A stretch of 24,573 bases of DNA from positions 1 to 24,573 of the forward strand of contig JANLOX010000019.1 of the NCBI GenBank assembly GCA_031366795.1. The letters are read 5' to 3'. The translations under genes and the position numbers were made by a program. The stretch is from Candidatus Eiseniibacteriota bacterium (GTDB lineage: Bacteria > Eisenbacteria > RBG-16-71-46). Position 1 is the first letter of the stretch, and each line of letters starts with the position of its first letter. Of this stretch, positions 17,118-24,573 are shown in pieces. The notes beneath the pieces were generated by a model. The model was not told the DNA's origin. It searched no databases and was given only the letters and a program-made list of their open reading frames with translations.

Positions 17118-17173
17118 CGCTTGCTCCTTACGCACCGCTTCGTCGTGCCACGGGATTCGAAGGCCGCCCGAAA

Positions 17174-18388
17174 CTAAAATATCTCCGGGCACCACGGCGC
17201 GCGGCCGGCGGGGAACAGCGCATCCGCCCGCGCCGCGGCGTCTTGGCGCAATTCCGTCACGCGCCCGGCGCGCACCTGCTGGCGGAACGTGAACCCGCCG
17301 AGATAGACGGAGCCAAGTGCCGTGATATCGCACGCGAGTTCCGCATCGGCGGTGGAGCGTTCGGCGCCGGACGAACTCACGCGCCAGCGCCCCGCATTCC
17401 AGGGGCAGAACGCGTCGGTCACTTCGATCGTGACCGGGGCACCCTCGCCCAATTGGCGCAGTGCGAGCGCCTTGGGTAGATCCACGAGCCGTATCCACAG
17501 CCCATCGTGGACGCGGAATTTCATCTCGCGCGGGCGCGCCAGCATGAAGAACAGCGGGTGGTCTATGGGCAGGAGCATGGCCTTCACGTGCGAGACCCAG
17601 TCGATGTCGAGTGCGAAGCGCCAGACCTCGCGCGTAGCCTCGACGCTGTCGCCGATCGCCTCGATCACGCTGACATCGCCACTGGTGGAGCCGGATACGA
17701 ATTTCTGGTTGAGCCGGTAGAGGATGTAGCCGCTGGGCCGTTCGTCGAGCTGCAGCAGTACGCGATTGAGTTCGCCCGCGCCGCGCCGCCGGTGTTCGGG
17801 ATCGGCCAGCCGCCGGTGGCGCCACCAATCGGCGCTGCGCGAAATCATGCCGGGCTGCGTGGCGCGCACGCGCTCGTACACTTCGGCGAACGGTGCCAGC
17901 GCCTTCTGTTCGCTCAGCAGCCGGAACTCACCGCGCGGCTCGAAGGGCAGCGCGTAGGCCGTCGCCGACTTCGCCAGCTCGAAATCGCCGCTGACCGATG
18001 CCATGCCATAGCCGAACTGCCCGTAGATCGTGTCCTCGGAGGCCCACAGGCTGGCGACGGCCTCCCCGCGGGCGTGCACGTCGTCGAGTTGCGCACGCAT
18101 CATGCGACGCAGGATGCCGCGCCGGCGGTGCGTGGGCAGCACGCCGACGATCGACAGGCCGGCGGTGCGGGCGCTGCCGCCGGGTACGCTCATCTCGAAT
18201 AGGAACGAGGCGCAGCCGCCGACCACTTGGTCGCCCTCACGCGCCATGAACGCGCGCGAGGGTTCGATGAACGGTGCGAACCGGTCCATGTCCATCGCCG
18301 CGGGAGTGCTGCCGAAGTAGTGCATCACGGGCGTGATGGCCGCGATCAATTCATCCGGGGCGCTGCAGGGCGTGACGTCGACATCATG
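17174..18388 (-). CDS. Eis-family GNAT N-acetyltransferase with C-terminal SCP2-like domain (start uncertain)
   Basis: 'VGVLPTHRRRGILRRMM', 'LWASEDTIYGQFGYG', 'DGLWIRLVD', 'DAFCPWNAGRW', 'LGSVYLGG', C-terminal 'PWCPEIF'. In-frame candidate starts are TTG 18454, TTG 18349, GTG 18328 and ATG 18325; the SD-linked ATG at 18387 is out of frame. Confidence 0.88.
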   Translation of the reverse strand, partial: HDVDVTPCSAPDELIAAITPVMHYFGSTPAAMDMDRFAPFIEPSRAFMAREGDQVVGGCASFLFEMSVPGGSARTAGLSIVGVLPTHRRRGILRRMMRAQLDDVHARGEAVASLWASEDTIYGQFGYGMASVSGDFELAKSATAYALPFEPRGEFRLLSEQKALAPFAEVYERVRATQPGMISRSADWWRHRRLADPEHRRRGAGELNRVLLQLDERPSGYILYRLNQKFVSGSTSGDVSVIEAIGDSVEATREVWRFALDIDWVSHVKAMLLPIDHPLFFMLARPREMKFRVHDGLWIRLVDLPKALALRQLGEGAPVTIEVTDAFCPWNAGRWRVSSSGAERSTADAELACDITALGSVYLGGFTFRQQVRAGRVTELRQDAAARADALFPAGRAPWCPEIF

Positions 18389-18464
18389 GCGAATCGAACC
18401 TCCGTGGCGTGTTGCGGGTCCACGGATAATGTTCGTCCCGGGCGTGTCGTTCAAGTGCGGGGCT

Positions 18465-18971
18465 TCAGTGATCCCCGTGCCCGTTTCCGTGACCGTGCCC
18501 ATGTTCGTGCCCATGTTCGCGCCCGTGTTCGCGCTCATCCTCGCCACCGCGGCCCCAGCCGTCACCGTTCCGGCTGCTCGTGCGATAACGCTCCGAGCGG
18601 ATGATCTGCGGCCGGTGGCGCCAGCGATACTCCCGGTCGCTGACCGAGTAGATCGATCGTGGCACATAGTCGGCCCGGATCGCGACGAACGGTCCCGAAT
18701 AGTCGTCCGAGCGATACCAGTAGCCGTTGTCGAAGATGTAGTAGTCATCCGCGTAGCGGAAGTAATCGTAGTCGCAGTCGGCGGCGTCGATCACGTAGAC
18801 GCGGCGTGAAGGCAGGTAGGCGAAGTGTGGCTCATGCCGGTAGCTGATGACCGGCGGTGGCGGCGCATTGCCGAGCGAGATGTTGATTCCCACCCGCGTA
18901 TGCGCCTGCGCGGGAAGCGCTGCCGAAAGCGCGGCCAGCCCAATCATCGCGAGAATAATGCGCGTTCGCAT
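18465..18971 (-). CDS. Secreted hypothetical protein with a Tyr-rich core and His/Gly-rich C-terminal tail
   Basis: AAGGAGG SD; signal peptide MRTRIILAMIGLAALSAALPAQA; 'VGINISLGNAPPPP'; 'YYIFDNGYWYRS..YSGPF'; tail EHGREHGHEHGHGHGNGHGDH. Confidence 0.8.
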   Translation of the reverse strand: MRTRIILAMIGLAALSAALPAQAHTRVGINISLGNAPPPPVISYRHEPHFAYLPSRRVYVIDAADCDYDYFRYADDYYIFDNGYWYRSDDYSGPFVAIRADYVPRSIYSVSDREYRWRHRPQIIRSERYRTSSRNGDGWGRGGEDEREHGREHGHEHGHGHGNGHGDH

Positions 18972-19039
18972 GGCTCCTCCTTGACGAGAAATACGTGGTC
19001 ACGGCCCGCAATGGGCGGATCCAGCACTCTAGGCCTTTG

Positions 19040-19065
19040 GACGCCCGCCGGTGCGGGAGGGTTGT
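19040..19065 (-). promoter_or_regulatory. Putative ECF sigma promoter for the His-tailed secreted protein
   Basis: Minus strand reads acAAC-N17-CGTC, about 70 nt upstream of the ATG at 18971. Confidence 0.35.
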
Positions 19066-19116
19066 GTTTTGGACACGCTTCATGACCCTGGCGTGACAGT
19101 GAATGGCACCCAGAGG

Positions 19117-19353
19117 TCAGGAATTGTCCTCGGGTTCACGCAGGTGGCTGAACCCGGACTCCTCGCTCAACATCTGCTCGTTCATCCAGCGGTCGATGAT
19201 GCTCCGGCGAAACCGCCATTCCTTCCCGAGTTTCACCGCCGGGATACGGCGTTCCTGCGCCCACTTATAGATCGTTTGGGGCTTGAGGCGCAGGTATTCC
19301 GCCACCTCCTCGAGTGTCAGGATTTCATGTTCGGGCGGGGAGTTCCTGCTCAT
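19117..19353 (-). CDS. Small excisionase/BldC-like DNA-binding protein (HTH_17, MerR superfamily)
   Basis: 'EILTLEEVAEYLRLKPQTIYKWAQERRIPAVKLGKEWRFRRSIIDRWM'. The start overlaps the upstream stop (TGATG). Confidence 0.9.
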   Translation of the reverse strand: MSRNSPPEHEILTLEEVAEYLRLKPQTIYKWAQERRIPAVKLGKEWRFRRSIIDRWMNEQMLSEESGFSHLREPEDNS

Positions 19354-20174
19354 CAGCGTGGGCCCGGGGTCTTGTCCGGGTGCTCCGTGGAATCCGGGCC
19401 CTGGATGAATGAGTCGTGGTGGCGTGGCACAGCGGCGCTGGACTGCTTGCCTTCACCATGCATGAGCTTCTGTAGCGAGTAGATCACGGCCGTGTAGAAA
19501 TTCCCCTCGTTGTGGCGGAACATCTGGAACGGCTCGCCGCGGTCGCCGAGGAACGGCTGGAGGTTCCACGCCATCTGGATTCCGACGAACGCGAACAGGA
19601 CGGCCCAAGCCTTCATGATGGTCATAGCATTCTTAGGGTAGACGCCGCGCTTCTCGCATGCGAAGGCGAGTCCATCATGCAGCACGACCATGCCGATCAG
19701 GCCGGCGCCGAGCACCACCACGATGTGCAGCAAGGTGAGGAAGTAGTAGTTGGCGCCGGTGAGCAGGAAGAATGCGGTGATCGGGATGACGGCAGCGAAC
19801 ACGATCGCGCTCAGCGATAGCGCACCGAGCACCAGGGCCAAAACCTGCGCGAGCCGCAAGCGCGAGCCGAGCAGCACCTGGATGACGAAGAACCCGGGGA
19901 AGCAGATCGCGAGCGTGCCGAGGAACAACACGGGCAACTTGATCGCTGCTGACGCGGCCTGAGCCGGGCCCGCGTAGGCGCCCGCGGCAGCGCCGTAGAG
20001 GGCGCACAGCGCGAGTAGCGTGACGAAGGATTGCGCGAGTTTCGAGGGGAGGGCCTCGCCCTCAGCCACCTCGGTGAAGAATCGATCGCGGTCGCTCAGC
20101 AGCAGGCTGAGGAAGTGGCCGTATCCGGAATCCTGCGCTCGCGCCTCGACACTGTGGGTTGGTGCGGATGCCAT
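19353..20174 (-). CDS. Conserved multi-pass membrane protein of unknown function (resembles the family often auto-annotated 'actin-binding WH2 domain protein')
   Basis: GGAGG SD before ATG 20174; about 5 hydrophobic segments; motifs 'LLLSDRDRFF', 'AAIKLPVLFLGTLAICFP', 'WAVLFAFVGIQMAWNLQPFLG', 'EGNFYTAV'. 273 aa. Confidence 0.8.
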   Translation of the reverse strand: MASAPTHSVEARAQDSGYGHFLSLLLSDRDRFFTEVAEGEALPSKLAQSFVTLLALCALYGAAAGAYAGPAQAASAAIKLPVLFLGTLAICFPGFFVIQVLLGSRLRLAQVLALVLGALSLSAIVFAAVIPITAFFLLTGANYYFLTLLHIVVVLGAGLIGMVVLHDGLAFACEKRGVYPKNAMTIMKAWAVLFAFVGIQMAWNLQPFLGDRGEPFQMFRHNEGNFYTAVIYSLQKLMHGEGKQSSAAVPRHHDSFIQGPDSTEHPDKTPGPR

Positions 20175-20198
20175 CGGGTGACCCTCCGGGTTGAGGGA

Positions 20199-20255
20199 AT
20201 CCTCCGGCACGACTGCATGTGTGTCAATGTATTTTATTGTTTTATACTATTTGTT
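20199..20255 (-). promoter_or_regulatory. Sigma70-type promoter with AT-rich upstream element/10-bp direct repeats for the membrane protein-HTH operon
   Basis: Perfect TTGACA (20227-20222), N17, GAGGAT (20204-20199). Positions 20226-20255 contain only 4 G/C in 30 bp. Confidence 0.55.
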
Positions 20256-22168
20256 GTCGAATCCTGAGAGACGTATCGGTACACCACGAATCCACCGGCC
20301 GCGAACGCGGGTCGCAGCTGCGAGATGCGGGCGTCTTGCGTCATGAGGTGGAACAGCACGCGGTCCGTGTCCACGCCGCGGATCAGCGCCTCGCCGCGTT
20401 CGATCTTGCCCGCGATCGGGTCGCCCGCGACGGCGGCGACGCCGTGCAGTGAAGTCAGGGGAGGCACGAGCAGCCACGACGCTCCGTAGCGGTCGCACAA
20501 CTGCAGGAGCGGCTCCGCCGTGGGAGCCATCAGGGCAGTGTCGAGCTCGAGGATGCGGCGACGGTTCTCGGCGTTCTCGAGCAGGCCGTCCACCACCGTG
20601 CGGCGGTGGGTCTGGCCCTGCACGTCGTAGCCGTCGTCCCATAGGCTGAGCACCACTGCGTTCGTGGAGGCGTGGTCCCGCAGGAACGCGAGTGCCTCGG
20701 GTTCGCCCGCGGGCAAGTGGCGCCGCGTCGTCAACGATTGCGCCACGCCGAGCCCGGCGGTTGCAATCGTGCTGGTGGCGAGTGCCGCGACGATGCCGAT
20801 ACGCAGGGTACGCCGGCTGGTTGCGCGGCCTGATGCGCGGACGCGCGCGCTCTTCTGCTCCGCGGTGCGTGCAGCGGGCTGCGCAACCACGAGTAGCCGC
20901 GCCGCGAGCATCGCCAGCGCCACCACCGCGAACGGCGCCAGGAGCATGACGGTGCGCTCGAACATCAGTGTGGCAATGGCGAGCCCCGCGGTGATGAAGC
21001 ATATCGCTGCGCGCGGTAGGGCTGTTTCGTCTGCTGCTATAGCGCTTGCGGGAGGAGCCAGCCATCTCCACAGGATTGGCGTCGCCGCCAACCACGCGCC
21101 GAGGACAAACATGTCGTGCCGCCCGCTCAGGAACTGCCACACACTCATGGCGTGGAGCTCCTCGACCTGTTGCATGAGCGTGGTGAGGCCATCGTGTGCC
21201 GCGCCGCTACGCATCCGCGCCAGCAACAGCGACACTAGGCTGTCATAGCCTCCGCCCACGCCGTGACGGCCAGCCAGTGCCGCGAGCGCGCCGACGGCCG
21301 CGAGCGCGGCACTGCGCAGGCCGCGGTGCCCTTGCGCGCCAATCCCTGGCACCCACAGCGCGAGTGCGAGTGTGGCGGTCGCGATCATGAGTGGGGAGGT
21401 CGCGAATCCCTGTGCGTTCAAATACCCGACGCACCACGCCGCCCCGGCCGCGCCGATCGCGATCGCCGTCCAAACCTCGCGCAACGCGGGCTCGGCGCCG
21501 CGGCTCAGTAGCCGCCACGCCACGAATGCGGCTTCGAACCCCAACACGAGCAGGTTCACACGCCAGATCCACAACGCTGCGACGAGGCACACCGCGGCGG
21601 CGACCGCCCATGCGCGACGAGGCCCCGGACGCGAGTACGCGAGAGCCTGAACGAACATCGCGACATGCGCCACGGCGAACAGCGTTCCCAACGCGTCGTA
21701 TCGGAGCCAGAATCCGTAGCTGCGTTGCAGGTGTGCGGGGATCAACACGGCGGCGATCGCAGCGGCGCTGGCGGCCGCAGCGCTGCCGACGGCGGCGCGT
21801 GCCGCGAGCCACACGGGCAGGGCGATCAGCGCACCGGCAAGTGCGATCAGCAGCGCCAGGTTCCAGCGCAGGTGGGGCGAGCCGAGCGCTGCGAGGGCAC
21901 GATGGAATGCGGCTCCCAGCACATAGAGGCCTGCCGGGAGCACCTGTGCGGTGCGCCGCCCCAACGGGGCGGTGCACAACGAATCGACCGCGGGCAGCGC
22001 GCCCGCCGCGACGGTGTTCTCAACCAACCGCGCGTGATACGCGGCGTCTACCGCGAATTGGAAGCCCGGATCGCGCACACACGGCAACAGCCGCAACCAC
22101 AATCCGATGAGGATCGCTGCGGGGAGCAGCACGCCCGGGGAGCGCCAGACTGCGGCCAAACGAATCAT
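20234..22168 (-). CDS. STT3/AglB/PglB-like GT-C membrane glycosyltransferase, divergent
   Basis: Many TM helices; EL1 'VDAAYHARL'; 'PAHLQRSYGFWLRYD'; EL5-like 'MQQVEELH'; 'FERT'; soluble C-domain 'LAFLRDHASTNAVVLSLWDDGYDVQGQTHRRTVVDG' (WWDxG-equivalent). Confidence 0.75.
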   Translation of the reverse strand: MIRLAAVWRSPGVLLPAAILIGLWLRLLPCVRDPGFQFAVDAAYHARLVENTVAAGALPAVDSLCTAPLGRRTAQVLPAGLYVLGAAFHRALAALGSPHLRWNLALLIALAGALIALPVWLAARAAVGSAAAASAAAIAAVLIPAHLQRSYGFWLRYDALGTLFAVAHVAMFVQALAYSRPGPRRAWAVAAAVCLVAALWIWRVNLLVLGFEAAFVAWRLLSRGAEPALREVWTAIAIGAAGAAWCVGYLNAQGFATSPLMIATATLALALWVPGIGAQGHRGLRSAALAAVGALAALAGRHGVGGGYDSLVSLLLARMRSGAAHDGLTTLMQQVEELHAMSVWQFLSGRHDMFVLGAWLAATPILWRWLAPPASAIAADETALPRAAICFITAGLAIATLMFERTVMLLAPFAVVALAMLAARLLVVAQPAARTAEQKSARVRASGRATSRRTLRIGIVAALATSTIATAGLGVAQSLTTRRHLPAGEPEALAFLRDHASTNAVVLSLWDDGYDVQGQTHRRTVVDGLLENAENRRRILELDTALMAPTAEPLLQLCDRYGASWLLVPPLTSLHGVAAVAGDPIAGKIERGEALIRGVDTDRVLFHLMTQDARISQLRPAFAAGGFVVYRYVSQDSTTNSIKQ

Positions 22169-22223
22169 GCGGGAAGCATCCGTGTTTCGAATGACGCAGG
22201 CAAACGCGAGGGCTGCAAGCGTG

Positions 22224-23522
22224 CTACTCCGCTGCGACCGCGAAGGGATTCTGGACGCGCCCGGCGGCGGAGCGGAACAACACGACGGAAGCGACCAGCG
22301 TCGCGAACGCCCCCGCGCCGATGAGCGTGCGCAATCCCAGCCGGTCGCCGAGCAGACCGCCCATGGCGATGCCGCCGATCCGCGTGGCCATCGACAATGT
22401 GTTGGACGCCGAGCCGATGCGGCCGCGCAGCGCCTCGGGCGCGCGCGCCATGCGCAGCGTGCTCGAGTGAATCATGTACAGCGCCCAGCCACCGTCGCCC
22501 ACGAGTTGCTGCGCGACGAGCAGAGTGAGCGCGATAGCCACGGCATGCGGAGGGGCGAAGGCCGCCAGCAGTAATCCGAACGTGCTCACCGCCAGCCCGA
22601 GTACCATCGCGCGGCCCACGCCGAGGCGCTGCCCAAGTTGTGGTGCGAGCGACGACGCAACCAGTCCGCTCACGCCGCCCATCGCGAACACCATGCCGAG
22701 GGGGCCCGTACCCAGCGCCAGGTCCCGCGTGACGAACAGAATGTAGCAGGCGGTGAAGATGCCGAAGGTGAAGTTTAGGCACGCATCGCCGATCGCGAGG
22801 CCGCGCTGAAGCGGATCGTGGTAGGTGGCGACGAGGCCTTCGCGCACTTCCTCGCGCCAGCCACGAAACGACCCGGCGTGCGTGCGGTGTTCGGGCCGGG
22901 GCTCGGCGCCGCGGATGCCTGCCAGCAATAGTGCCGACACGACGAACGAGATCGCGTCGAGTGCCACGGTAATGGGACCCGTGAGCCACTGCACCAGCCA
23001 GCCCGCGATGCCGAAGCCGCTGACTTCGACCGCGGATGACGTGGCGGAAAGCCTAGCGTTGGCGTCCACGAGGCGATGTTCGCCGACGAGGCCGGGGACG
23101 TAAGCGTTGCGCGCGAGGTCGAACAAAGTGTCGAAGGCGCCGGTGAGGAACATGACCGCGATCAACAGCGTGAGGTTGAGGTGCTCGGTGACCGCCGCAA
23201 TCGGGATCGTGGCCAGCAGGGCCGCGCGCACGAGGTCGCAGCCGATCATCAACGGGCGCCGCGCGGTCCTGTCCACCCAGGCTCCGGCCCACAACCCGAC
23301 GAGCAGGCTCGCCGCGAGGCTCGCGCCCCCGAGCATCGCCATCTGGCCGGCGGAGGCGTGCAACGCGAGCACAGCGGTGAACGGAAGTGCGGCGCGCGTG
23401 ACCAGCGAGCCGAACACCGACACGCCATGCGCTGCCCATAGCCAGTGGAAGGCGGCGGGCAGGCGCTGCGTCGCGCCCGGTGTCTCTGACGGGGCGACGT
23501 CCGCGGGGATATTTGAAGTCAT
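22224..23522 (-). CDS. MFS transporter (MFS_3/EntS-macrolide efflux-like)
   Basis: About 12 TM; 'FHWLWAAHGVSVFGS', motif A 'GAWVDRTARRPLMIGCDLVR', 'LVDANARL', 'PEALRGRIGS'. Confidence 0.9.
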   Translation of the reverse strand: MTSNIPADVAPSETPGATQRLPAAFHWLWAAHGVSVFGSLVTRAALPFTAVLALHASAGQMAMLGGASLAASLLVGLWAGAWVDRTARRPLMIGCDLVRAALLATIPIAAVTEHLNLTLLIAVMFLTGAFDTLFDLARNAYVPGLVGEHRLVDANARLSATSSAVEVSGFGIAGWLVQWLTGPITVALDAISFVVSALLLAGIRGAEPRPEHRTHAGSFRGWREEVREGLVATYHDPLQRGLAIGDACLNFTFGIFTACYILFVTRDLALGTGPLGMVFAMGGVSGLVASSLAPQLGQRLGVGRAMVLGLAVSTFGLLLAAFAPPHAVAIALTLLVAQQLVGDGGWALYMIHSSTLRMARAPEALRGRIGSASNTLSMATRIGGIAMGGLLGDRLGLRTLIGAGAFATLVASVVLFRSAAGRVQNPFAVAAE

Positions 23523-24042
23523 CGAGCGGCCTCAGCGGGGAGAGCGGGAGATGGCGATCCGGTCGAGCATTGCCGCGTCCCCGAAGGGCTGTCAACGATC
23601 GCGGCAGCCGTGAACGAGTTTGCCGCGATTCCGGTGCCATTCGGTCATCCATGACATGTCAGCGTGGCAGCCGCGGTGCATTCGCGGGTTCGAGGTGACA
23701 TTCGGCGCGCTGCAATCCGGGACGTGGTGAAGGGATGATGTGGGTTACGGCCCCCCGACGATCTTTGCCGAATCGCGCACCGCGGTACGACTCATGCGCA
23801 AAGAAGTGGCGTTAAAGGACGGACCCTGGGTGGTGCAGTCGTACTCTTGTCCCCCCGCACTCCAGAAAGCACCTACGGCGGTCGAACCTGAGCGAGGGCT
23901 CTCGCGACGCCGGGCGCTTCCACGCAGTGCCTTCGCAGGCCAAGCTGATTCCGCCTCACCCGCGATCCTGATCGCCGCGAACCCAATCACTCGCGGCCAG
24001 CGTCCGGCCCGAATCAACGGCCGGGCGTCGAGGGGGAATCTC

Positions 24043-24573
24043 GTGAGTCGCATCGTCCGTAGTATCCCGCCCCGCAACTCGGCCTCCGCGTTTCCATGGC
24101 GCGTGTTTTGGACCGTCGCGGTTGCACTGCTGATCTCCGCATCCATCGCCGCTTCAGCGCAAAAACCCATGTCGATGGTTCCCGGTCCCATCGAGCCAGG
24201 AACCCCCGGCGGCAACGCCGCTGGCTGGGAGTTCACTCGTTACAATATCCCCAACCTTCCCCAAGGCACCTCACTTGGCGCGGTGTGGACGACGCCTACT
24301 CCGCTGTCCCGGTTTGTCGCGACTCCCGGTCTGCCCGGCAATGACATTGGCGCATTGGGAGCAGTGCCTGACCTGCCGGATCCGCAGGACCCGGTACGTG
24401 GTGGAGATGTGGGGATTCCTTCGAAGGTTCTGCTCTACGTGATGGCCATTCGTGGTGTCACGCCGGCAGGTACTGGCGGCTACGGGGCAGTGCCTGACCC
24501 GGGAGATCCCGACAAGTCCGGCGGCCCGTCCGCAGCCAATGCAACGAGCGCCTTGTACCAGTGGGACGGCCGG
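24043..24573 (+). CDS. Secreted hypothetical protein, 5' part only; runs off the right edge
   Basis: GAGGGGG SD, GTG at 24043, open for 177 codons: MSRIVRSIPPRNSASAFPWRVFWTVAVALLISASIAASA|QKPMSMVPGP...GWEFTRYNIP...LGAVWTT...ALYQWDGR. Signal-peptide-like N-terminus ending in ASA. Confidence 0.7.
   Translation, partial: MSRIVRSIPPRNSASAFPWRVFWTVAVALLISASIAASAQKPMSMVPGPIEPGTPGGNAAGWEFTRYNIPNLPQGTSLGAVWTTPTPLSRFVATPGLPGNDIGALGAVPDLPDPQDPVRGGDVGIPSKVLLYVMAIRGVTPAGTGGYGAVPDPGDPDKSGGPSAANATSALYQWDGR

Noticed and set aside
17153..17161. TTCGAATCC on the minus strand, matching the tRNA T-loop; possible att remnant
   Set aside because: Only 9 bp, inverted relative to the tRNA, and no integrase is present; compatible with chance.
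17118..17828. Long N-terminal extension of the HigA-like ORF (336 aa), and the 524-aa version of Eis
   Set aside because: Both extensions overlap other well-supported genes in different frames; the HTH gene has its own SD before ATG 17117.
19117..19353. Excisionase as evidence of a prophage or ICE
   Set aside because: No integrase, att sites or phage genes; it is translationally coupled to a membrane-protein gene.

Overview
GC-rich bacterial chromosomal window with no integrase, transposase or CRISPR array. From left to right: the 5' end of a PAS-domain signalling gene; an ExeA-like AAA ATPase with a TM helix and SPOR domain; a minus-strand cyanophycin cluster (cphB, cphA, and a third CphA-like gene that keeps the N and Mur-ligase regions but lacks most of the ATP-grasp domain); a DUF2779-type nuclease; a divergent ~1658-aa secreted beta-helix/repeat protein with a FlgD-Ig/T9SS-like C-terminus; tRNA-Cys(GCA); an SDR; a secreted NTF2/DUF4440 protein; an orphan HigA-like HTH; an Eis-family acetyltransferase; a His-tailed secreted protein; a membrane protein coupled to a Xis/BldC-like HTH with an AT-rich direct-repeat promoter; a divergent STT3-like glycosyltransferase; an MFS transporter; and the start of another secreted protein. 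High GC plus the FlgD/T9SS-like tail suggests an FCB-associated lineage such as Ca. Eisenbacteria (inference only). The best candidates for under-described biology are the ATP-grasp-less CphA paralog, the membrane protein/BldC-like module and the variant-motif STT3 protein. All family calls come from motif recognition by eye; no database searches were run.
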